From Patescibacteria group bacterium (lineage in GTDB: Bacteria > Patescibacteriota > Patescibacteriia > UBA9570): 64,000 nt of DNA. Positions within the stretch are counted from its first letter, which is position 1; every line of letters begins with the position of its first letter. The notes beneath the pieces were generated by a model. The model was not told where the DNA came from and did not search any database. It saw only the letters and a program-made list of their open reading frames with translations. The stretch is from NCBI GenBank assembly GCA_041660305.1, contig JBAZWO010000001.1:418268-482267 (forward strand), written 5' to 3'. The translations under genes and the position numbers were made by a program. Below, one piece after another: positions 44,301 through 52,055 of this stretch.

Positions 44301-46839
44301 AAATTCAGTAAATGATTTACCAATAGCTCCAGCTAGTGATTTTTCACCAAACAACGCTACCGTTGCCACACTTACCCCTACAATTAATTGGGCTAATGGA
44401 ACTGATACAGAAGATAGTGCTGAACAATTATACTATGATGTCTGGCTGAGTACTCAAATTAATGCTAGTAACGATCCTATTCAACAGTTAACTAGTACTG
44501 TTGGTCAAAATACACTGACTATTTCTACCAGCTTACTTGATAAAATTACTTATTATTATATTGTACGCACAATTGATTCAGCTGGAGCAGCGTCGGACTG
44601 GTCAGATGTTCAGCGGTTTTCTATTGACGTTGAAAAACAACCGGCTTTTACTATAACTAAAAATCTGCAAATCATCACTAGTGATTTAACTCCTCTGGCA
44701 GCCATTGTAAACTCTGATCTGTGGTCTAAAATTAAATTAGTTATTCAACAATTTTCTCTAGCTGCTTTATTAGTTTGCGCCGGTACTGTGTTAACGGCTC
44801 TAGCTAATTTATGGCGTAAATTACCCACCCTGCAACAAATTGCTGTAGTCTTATTAAAACAACCCGCTTTGGCTTTTGCTAGTTTAGTTAATCAAGATCA
44901 AAATGGTAATTATAAATCTTCTTACACGTCGTTTTCTCAACAAATTATACCTTGGCGCCGAGTATTGCAATATAGCATAGCTGGTTTAATGTTGTTTGTT
45001 AGTTTAAATTTCACTGCTCACACTTTAGCTACTCAGGTTGATGTTTCAGCTGTCGCTCCGGGCGACACTATTCGTTACACGGTGACTTATAAAAATACTG
45101 GTACTGGCGCAGCCACCGCTGTTACTTTAAATGATGCCCTACCAACAGACACTACGTTACTAGCTGATTCGATTACTCTTAATCGTTCCACCTCCAATTT
45201 AACGCCAACTGTTACATCTATTAGTAACATTTCTTTAAATACTGTAAATAGTAATGAATCTGGAACTTTACAATATCAAGCCACTGTTAATAATCCAGTG
45301 ACTAACACAAATTTAACTACCCCGGCCGCTAGTTTAACAACGACAGATTTATCTACTACCACTACTTCTAATACTACAAACACGCCCATCACTGCCGCTA
45401 GTTTAAATATTACCCTGCGTACTGATACCTTTATACCAATTACTAACGCCACCTTAAATTTATTTAACGATACTATTTCAGATGCCAACTTAGTTTGGAC
45501 TGGAACAACTAATGAACAAGGCATGGCGTCAACCACTGGTTTTAGAGCCGGTTCTTACTGGCTAAGCGTTACTAATTCATCTTATAATATTAATCCTCAA
45601 TTAGTTAATTTAAATTATCAAACTATTACATCCGTACTATTAGTGTTTAGTACTACTATACCAGAAGAACAAACTACTAATACTAACCTAATAAAAAATA
45701 CCAATACTAGCTATGTTAATACAAATGTTAATACCGTGGTTAATCAAACAAAAAACAACAATTCAACCAATCAACAAAATAATCCGTTGCCAATTCCCAT
45801 TACTGAACTGAACAACGATAGCGATCAGTTTATTACCAATACTACTAAAAAAATTATTACCGCTGTTACTGATATTATCAACCAGCCAATTGGTAAGCTA
45901 TTAACCCATGCCGTGCAAGTGATTGGTTTAGCGGTTTGGCCAATCGCCATTGGTTCACAATTATTATTAGCTACCACGGCCGTTACTTCACTCACTGATT
46001 TATATTTACTAATAGCTCGTTTTATTGGTGCCGTTTTTGGTTTGCGTAAAAAAAGACAGCCCTGGGGTACTGTATATGATGCAATAACTAAACGACCATT
46101 AGATCCGGCCTATGTAACTATTAAAACTAAATCTGGAAAAACTGTTAAAGAAAGTATTACTGATCTAGATGGTCGTTATGAATTTTTTCTGGATGCTGGC
46201 AGCTATAAAATAGCAGCCATCAAAACTCATTATCATTTTCCTTCTAAACAATTAAATGGTCAATTTAAAGATGAACTGTACAATAATCTATATTACGGTG
46301 AATTATTCAGCACTACTACCAATGAAGTAATTACCCGTAATATTCCGCTGGATCCAATAGATTTTGACTGGAATGAATTTGAAAAAAATAAAAAACATCA
46401 ATTTAAATTTTATTCTAGGCGTAAATTTATTATCAATTTAATTTCTTACACGGCTTATGGCATTGGTTTCGCCATATCATTACTATTAATGTTAATACAA
46501 CGATCTTGGTTTAATATTATTATTTTTATTATTTATCTATTACTAATAATATATCAATTATTCTGGCTACCTAAACGTCGAGCCGCTGTAATAAAATTTA
46601 GTAATGGCCAACCATTATCATTTGCTATTTTACGCGTATATTCAGCTCGTTTACAACGCGAGATGAAATCTACCGTTACTGATGCTTATGGTCGTTTTTA
46701 CTTATTATTGTCTCCTGGTAATTATTATTGGACAGTAACAGAAAAGTTAGCCGATGGTACTTATAAGCAAATTTATCAATCCAAACCAATCCATTTAAAA
46801 ACTGGCGTGTTACCAAAAAAAATAATTATTGACAAATAA
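41341..46839 (+). CDS. giant (1832 aa) multi-domain surface / membrane protein
   Basis: GTG start and signal peptide. The N-terminal CTIREAITTANDN motif precedes a long run of parallel beta-helix (PbH1-like) repeats (NNTVxNN, GIQ). These are followed by FN3-like and cadherin-like (VNSVNDLPIA) regions, a DUF11-like domain (GDTIRYTVTYKNTGTGAATAVTLND), two CarboxypepD_reg-like domains and several internal TM blocks. Confidence 0.8.
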   Translation: MNNKWKIKCQVSLLAVSLASLFVFFPKTALGATYTINSPETDTDGACTNPYIDTANDCTIREAITTANDNAGADIVVFNIDASFQADPAYYNNSQYTITPTTVLPDITGQTTITARASWDVTNDRPGIKLYSALTTFNALIFSAGAANSLITSLEIQGFSYAIYLSSSTTTIGTDCDGSNDTQERNVIHGGANGIYMTGSSNIIAGNWLGLDDDNSYSGYSGNGIYITGTTADTNVIGFREGVATCTSAVQRNVIATGTTSSSNAISLAGTSNNVSGNSAVAPDHNIIAGNYIGTDNTGTANRGSGGVGLRLAKAATLNFIGTDGDGIDDEFEGNVIVAPLTGITFYGTSDFTITGNNRIAGNYIGVKAVTGNAIIDNTTMTVGVIIHGVGNIVGWCDSSDHATLCSDAGTGATQRNIIGGASSDQIRFGALANANYIYGNYIGVGLDGASDISLAIGAFIHRASTNNKLGGNGNRANTIKYNTIGVKLDGDYTGSRTSGGIQTPITNTTVTNNTVANNDTYGIQAYWTENFGASSITVSNNTMQNNGSAGFDIIGSSPAVTNNIISNNGTYGIQVSPGFIKRNVPDWNANEAATSYDPANAATNILSAPTITGNTVTNNNSGGIYQLDDRSSNYATLFADNTISNNNSQFAIKQSWYGAIELLDKNNSPIPAAAWSDTTAIAGTNSSAAAVTAGGDDMIFGSIGIAYTDVTSWFTITDYTINDAGVTTNFNPYTITATGTYTNHTGVAYTFDGSDNDTTYSGVLANGITTDSLYRFQIAKGVSSTVPSTPSNVTPTADTTTATLTPTLTTSTFSDTTETHASTTWQIYSTTALCAANGTGDVYSTTSSTALTSLTLSNNLISDTTYYWHAAYTNSYGNTSNYSTCTAFTTFNTTPRLINNIPDISWNEDETLLQGLNLASYFVDVQNQTLTYGLDLSDPEHITITNNDNELTFSATTNWYGTATLDITACDTDNECVSANTITLTVNSVNDLPIAPASDFSPNNATVATLTPTINWANGTDTEDSAEQLYYDVWLSTQINASNDPIQQLTSTVGQNTLTISTSLLDKITYYYIVRTIDSAGAASDWSDVQRFSIDVEKQPAFTITKNLQIITSDLTPLAAIVNSDLWSKIKLVIQQFSLAALLVCAGTVLTALANLWRKLPTLQQIAVVLLKQPALAFASLVNQDQNGNYKSSYTSFSQQIIPWRRVLQYSIAGLMLFVSLNFTAHTLATQVDVSAVAPGDTIRYTVTYKNTGTGAATAVTLNDALPTDTTLLADSITLNRSTSNLTPTVTSISNISLNTVNSNESGTLQYQATVNNPVTNTNLTTPAASLTTTDLSTTTTSNTTNTPITAASLNITLRTDTFIPITNATLNLFNDTISDANLVWTGTTNEQGMASTTGFRAGSYWLSVTNSSYNINPQLVNLNYQTITSVLLVFSTTIPEEQTTNTNLIKNTNTSYVNTNVNTVVNQTKNNNSTNQQNNPLPIPITELNNDSDQFITNTTKKIITAVTDIINQPIGKLLTHAVQVIGLAVWPIAIGSQLLLATTAVTSLTDLYLLIARFIGAVFGLRKKRQPWGTVYDAITKRPLDPAYVTIKTKSGKTVKESITDLDGRYEFFLDAGSYKIAAIKTHYHFPSKQLNGQFKDELYNNLYYGELFSTTTNEVITRNIPLDPIDFDWNEFEKNKKHQFKFYSRRKFIINLISYTAYGIGFAISLLLMLIQRSWFNIIIFIIYLLLIIYQLFWLPKRRAAVIKFSNGQPLSFAILRVYSARLQREMKSTVTDAYGRFYLLLSPGNYYWTVTEKLADGTYKQIYQSKPIHLKTGVLPKKIIIDK

Positions 46840-46903
46840 TTAAACTTTACTTATAATAATAAATACCTAGTTAGTTATTTAATTATTTACTCTTTTTACC
46901 GCT

Positions 46904-47257
46904 ATGGAAAAAGACCAAGAGTTTGTTGAATACGTAGTGAAAGCCCTCGTCGACAATCCCTCTGCCGTTTCTTGTGAACGCACTGTGGATGAAATGGGTG
47001 TGCTTATCACTTTAAAAGTAGATCCGAGTGATCTCGGTCAAGTGATCGGCCGTCAAGGTCAAACAGCTAAATCTATTCGTACGTTATTACGTGTAGTTGG
47101 TGCTAAACACCATGCTCGTGTAAATTTAAAGATTTACGAACCAGAGGGTATGCGTCCAGCTCGTCCACGCCGTGATGATTCCACTGCTACCACTAACACC
47201 GCCGCCGCCACTACTACTGACGACGTTGATGTTAGCGCAGTAGATTTGAAATTTTAA
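46904..47257 (+). CDS. KH-domain RNA-binding protein (YlqC/UPF0109-like) with a low-complexity tail
   Basis: GxxG motif in DLGQVIGRQGQTAKSIRTLLRV, and a Thr/Ala-rich C-terminus. Confidence 0.8.
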   Translation: MEKDQEFVEYVVKALVDNPSAVSCERTVDEMGVLITLKVDPSDLGQVIGRQGQTAKSIRTLLRVVGAKHHARVNLKIYEPEGMRPARPRRDDSTATTNTAAATTTDDVDVSAVDLKF

Positions 47258-47288
47258 CGTTTGTTTTCAACAACAAAAAAAACCATAA

Positions 47289-47323
47289 CCCCTAGTGCTT
47301 TATTTTATACACTTGGGGTTTTT
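47289..47323 (+). terminator. intrinsic terminator after the KH gene
   Basis: CCCCTAGTG ... CACTTGGGG (one mismatch) followed by TTTTT. Confidence 0.5.
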
Positions 47324-47326
47324 GGT

Positions 47327-47355
47327 TTGCATAAAAGTTTTACTTTTGCTATAAT
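47327..47355 (+). promoter_or_regulatory. near-consensus promoter of the vapBC module
   Basis: TTGCAT (47327-47332), 17 nt, TATAAT (47350-47355), 9 nt before the ATG at 47365. Confidence 0.5.
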
Positions 47356-47364
47356 GTAAAACAT

Positions 47365-47619
47365 ATGAATAACGCTACTACTAAACTATCTGAAAAATAT
47401 CAAATTGTTGTGCCGAAAATAATTCGCCAGCAAATGCATTTAACTACTGGCATGACTGTATTACTACAACCACTCGATGCCAACCGAGCTATTTTGGTAA
47501 AACATCCAAAAGATTATGTAACTGCTTTAAGTGGTTTGGGTCAAGATATCTGGAAAAAATTAGGCGGGGTTAATTACATTAAACGAGCTCGCAAACAATG
47601 GGACAAATCATCGGTCTAG
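47365..47619 (+). CDS. AbrB/MazE/SpoVT-family antitoxin (VapB-like)
   Basis: 84 aa. The swapped-hairpin motif is KYQIVVPKIIRQQMHLTTGMTVLL. It overlaps the PIN gene by 22 nt. Confidence 0.7.
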   Translation: MNNATTKLSEKYQIVVPKIIRQQMHLTTGMTVLLQPLDANRAILVKHPKDYVTALSGLGQDIWKKLGGVNYIKRARKQWDKSSV

Positions 47620-48005
47620 ACACTGGCATTTTTGTTTATTTACTTGAAAAACATCGTATGTATTTTCCAATTGTTGAAGAATATTTTATCCAAATTCAAG
47701 CTGGCAAATTATCTGGTGTGTTTGCTAGTATTGGCATGATTGAATTATTAACTGGGCCAAAACAACTTGGCAAATTTGATATTGCTAATCAATACCGTGA
47801 TTTATTAACTTCCTTTCCTAATCTGTCTATTATTGATTTAAACGAAACGGTAATTGATGTATCGTCCGATTTACGCGCTCAATATCACATTACTACACCC
47901 GATGCCATTCATTTAGCTAGCGCCATATACTCTGGAGCAAATAAATTTATTACTAACGACAAAGCTCTAAAAAAAGTAAAAGAAATTAATGTAGTATTAT
48001 TATAA
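47598..48005 (+). CDS. PIN-domain toxin (VapC-like)
   Basis: 135 aa with an N-terminal IGLDTGIFVY (Asp), a mid E (IELLT), a TPDAIHLASA Asp and a C-terminal ITND. Confidence 0.8.
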   Translation: MGQIIGLDTGIFVYLLEKHRMYFPIVEEYFIQIQAGKLSGVFASIGMIELLTGPKQLGKFDIANQYRDLLTSFPNLSIIDLNETVIDVSSDLRAQYHITTPDAIHLASAIYSGANKFITNDKALKKVKEINVVLL

Positions 48006-48009
48006 ATCA

Positions 48010-48672
48010 ATGCGCTTCGATTTACTTACTATTTTTCCAGATATTTTCAGCTCTTATATAAACGAGAGTATTTTAAAATTAGCCCAACAAAACCAGCATA
48101 TTAAAATTAATGTGCATAATATTCGAGATTATTCCAAAGAGCGCCATCATAAAACCGATGACGTGCCTTATGGTGGCGGCCCTGGCATGGTAATGACGGT
48201 ACAACCAATTTATGACTGCTTAAAAGCTGTTCCACGTTTACCTCGTTCTCGAGTAATTATGTTAGATCCAGGCGGCACTGAATATACCCAAATTACTGCC
48301 AAAAAATATAGTGAACAATATGAACAGATTATTTTATTATGCGGCCGCTATGAAGGCTTCGATGAACGAGTGTATAATTTTGTTGATGAACGTGTCTCGA
48401 TTGGTAAATATGTATTAAGCGGCGGCGAATTAGCTGCTTTAATAATAGTAGAAACCGTTAGCAGATTACTACCTGGCGTATTAGGCGATGATACCTCCAG
48501 CCAAGACGAAACTTTTTCCGGCAACTTAAATTATGTAGAATATCCCCAATATACCCGTCCTGAACATTTTATTACAACAGACCAAAAAACTTTGTCGGTA
48601 CCACCGATATTATTATCGGGCAATCACGCACAAATAAAACAGTGGCGTAAAGATAACCAAAAAAAAATTTGA
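48010..48672 (+). CDS. trmD: tRNA (guanine37-N1)-methyltransferase
   Basis: MRFDLLTIFPDIF, DDVPYGGGPGMVM, CGRYEGFDER and SIGKYVLSGGELAAL are present. Confidence 0.95.
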   Translation: MRFDLLTIFPDIFSSYINESILKLAQQNQHIKINVHNIRDYSKERHHKTDDVPYGGGPGMVMTVQPIYDCLKAVPRLPRSRVIMLDPGGTEYTQITAKKYSEQYEQIILLCGRYEGFDERVYNFVDERVSIGKYVLSGGELAALIIVETVSRLLPGVLGDDTSSQDETFSGNLNYVEYPQYTRPEHFITTDQKTLSVPPILLSGNHAQIKQWRKDNQKKI

Positions 48673-48678
48673 ATTATT

Positions 48679-49473
48679 TTATCCTAAAATTTCATGTAAA
48701 TTAACTATCTCTTCTTCTGATAGGGGCTCTGTATTTTGTTTTTGAGTTATATCTACATAATATACCAATGTCAAATCAGTTCTATCACTTGTTGATGAGG
48801 AAATATAACACCCCAGCTGATCTTTTCCATCATTAGCATTAATATTAATTCGTACGAACAATTCTAAGCCGCTTGGTTCGTAATTACTATCAGTATTTAC
48901 TTCAGTTTGCACAGAACAATGTTCAGATTTATATTGTTCAGCTAATGCCTCTAATTTATTATATTGAAAATTTCGCTCATTACTTATTTTCTGTATTAAA
49001 TCAATCGCCGTAACTACGGCCTCATAACGATGTAAAACCTTTTCAAAGGCTGCTTGCCTTTCTGTATTTGCAGTTAATGCATTAATATGTTTAGTGATAC
49101 TTAACATTCTATCAGTAATTTCTTTCCTTATTCCTTTAGTATCATTCTGCCTTAATCGCTGACCTGCCTTATCAATATATATATTTAGGTCTACGTTTAG
49201 TTGTTCAATGTATTGTTTATCTTCCTTTTCTAATAACTCTTGTGCTACTACCACTTCCTGTTCAGTGCCGACTCGTCCATCATCTGTAACATGATACGCA
49301 ATATCTGTTGTTCCATGACCATCTAAATCTTGATCTTTTAGCGCTTCTCTAGCCGCTGCCGAATCGTCCATTAACGCTGTTGGTAATTCATCAGTTTTAC
49401 TAACATCATCATCAGCAACAAATGGTTTCGAATCTCTATCAATAATTTTGCGCAGTTCTTTTGGTTCACCCAT
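48679..49473 (-). CDS. hypothetical acidic cytoplasmic protein
   Basis: 264 aa, Asp/Glu-rich, with no TM segment or signal peptide. No family is recognised. Confidence 0.45.
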   Translation of the reverse strand: MGEPKELRKIIDRDSKPFVADDDVSKTDELPTALMDDSAAAREALKDQDLDGHGTTDIAYHVTDDGRVGTEQEVVVAQELLEKEDKQYIEQLNVDLNIYIDKAGQRLRQNDTKGIRKEITDRMLSITKHINALTANTERQAAFEKVLHRYEAVVTAIDLIQKISNERNFQYNKLEALAEQYKSEHCSVQTEVNTDSNYEPSGLELFVRININANDGKDQLGCYISSSTSDRTDLTLVYYVDITQKQNTEPLSEEEIVNLHEILG

Positions 49474-49644
49474 AAAAATATTTATTTAATTTTTACTTGC
49501 TTTACGTCATCAATTATATCAATTTTTTAGCTTTTAGTCAATATTTTTATGATATTTTTGTCTATCTTTAGTATAAATATTTTATTATTAGATTATGTGT
49601 ACAAGTTGTGTATGAGTTGAGAATAACTGGTTTAAGATAATTGC

Positions 49645-49673
49645 TTGACAGGTTTTGGCTAGTTATGTAATAT
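49645..49673 (+). promoter_or_regulatory. 16S rRNA promoter
   Basis: TTGACA (49645-49650), 17 nt, TAATAT (49668-49673), about 310 nt upstream of the mature 16S 5' end. Confidence 0.6.
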
Positions 49674-49837
49674 ATCAAAGCTATATAAAAATTATAGTTT
49701 TACAATTTTAAAGAAGTTTTAGCTAGAAATAAACACTGAAGTAGATTGAGAAAATAACTCTCGTAATTCCGGGAAAGTGCTTCTCACTCAATTTCAGGGT
49801 TTTTATTTGTCTCCAAAGTAACACCCTGTAAACGAAC

Positions 49838-49863
49838 TTTGACAACCAACCCGTGACAAGAAA
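49838..49863 (+). other. 5' half of the 16S processing stem
   Basis: TTTGACAACCAACCCGTGACAAGAAA is complementary to 51553-51578, with 22 Watson-Crick pairs plus one G:U out of 26. Confidence 0.65.
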
Positions 49864-49985
49864 TTTGTAGTCATATATACGAAATTATATATAAAACTCA
49901 TGTATCGATGGGATGTTGATACGTGAGGTCAATTCTTAATAATCCAAAATAACAATTGATCGTTATCGCAAGATAATCGATCTTT

Positions 49986-51489
<1,504 letters not shown>

Positions 51490-51552
51490 TAAGGAGTACG
51501 GTGTGTTAACAGGCAGACCTCATTGCCTGTGTAACACGTTGGTCGCTGCATT

Positions 51553-51578
51553 TTTCTTGTCACAGTTTGGTTGTTAAA
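51553..51578 (+). other. 3' half of the 16S processing stem
   Basis: TTTCTTGTCACAGTTTGGTTGTTAAA pairs with 49838-49863. Confidence 0.65.
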
Positions 51579-51580
51579 AA

Positions 51581-51609
51581 ATACCGCGCTATTTATGCGC
51601 GGTATTTTG
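51581..51609 (+). terminator. terminator-like hairpin directly after the 16S
   Basis: ATACCGCGC TATTTAT GCGCGGTAT followed by TTTGTT. Confidence 0.45.
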
Positions 51610-51613
51610 TTGC

Positions 51614-51642
51614 TAGACAACCTAGTAAAAATAAGCTATAGT
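51614..51642 (+). promoter_or_regulatory. putative promoter of tRNA-Ile(GAT)/tRNA-Phe
   Basis: TAGACA (51614-51619), 17 nt, TATAGT (51637-51642). Confidence 0.45.
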
Positions 51643-51738
51643 ATTTTTTGCTTTACCTCACCCCTACCCCCTCTCCTCAAAGGAGAGGGGAAAAAATATT
51701 ACACCTAATTTATTAAGGTAAAGCAATTAGCAAAATAT

Positions 51739-51812
51739 GGGCGTGTAGCTCAGGTGGTTAGAGCGCAGTCCTGATAAGACTGAGGTCCCTGGTTCGAGTC
51801 CAGGCATGCCCA
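51739..51812 (+). tRNA. tRNA-Ile (anticodon GAT)
   Basis: Acceptor GGGCGTG/CATGCCC, anticodon stem CAGTC/GACTG with loop CTGATAA, T-loop GGTTCGAGTCC. Confidence 0.9.
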
Positions 51813-51907
51813 CCTTCGCTCGCTTCGCTCACTTCGGTGGGCAGGCCCACTACTCTTTCATGGAGTAGCCGGCTTGCCGGCCGAAGTTCTGCGCTAGCAG
51901 AACGTAG
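51813..51907. repeat. 95-nt GC-rich quasi-palindromic tRNA spacer (two facing twin-hairpin elements)
   Basis: CC TTCG.. CTTCGG TGGGC AGG CCCAC | CTACTC..GAGTAG | GCCGGC TT GCCGGC CGAAG TTCTGC GCTA GCAGAA CGTAG. Confidence 0.7.
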
Positions 51908-51979
<72 letters not shown>

Positions 51980-52005
51980 CAAACAGACCACATTAGTATT
52001 TATGT

Positions 52006-52038
52006 AAAGACGCCCCGACGGGGCGTCTTTATTGTTTT
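52006..52038. terminator. bidirectional intrinsic terminator
   Basis: AAAGACGCCCC GAC GGGGCGTCTTT followed by ATTGTTTT, lying between convergent units. Confidence 0.7.
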
Positions 52039-52055
52039 GAATAATGCTGTTTGGC

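Noticed and set aside
49716-49731. GTTTTAGCTAGAAATA, reminiscent of the Cas9 repeat:anti-repeat / sgRNA scaffold (GTTTTAGAGCTAGAAATAGC).
   Set aside because: It is a single occurrence inside the 16S leader. There are no repeat-spacer array, no cas genes and no downstream tracrRNA-like hairpins. It is most likely chance similarity in AT-rich sequence.
51668-51690. Polypyrimidine/polypurine hairpin CCCCTCTCC-TCAAA-GGAGAGGGG, and the similar CCTCCTCTC/GAGAGGAGG at 6542-6569, as another repeat family.
   Set aside because: There are only two loosely similar instances with different contexts (a tRNA leader versus a gene 3' end). This is insufficient to call a family.
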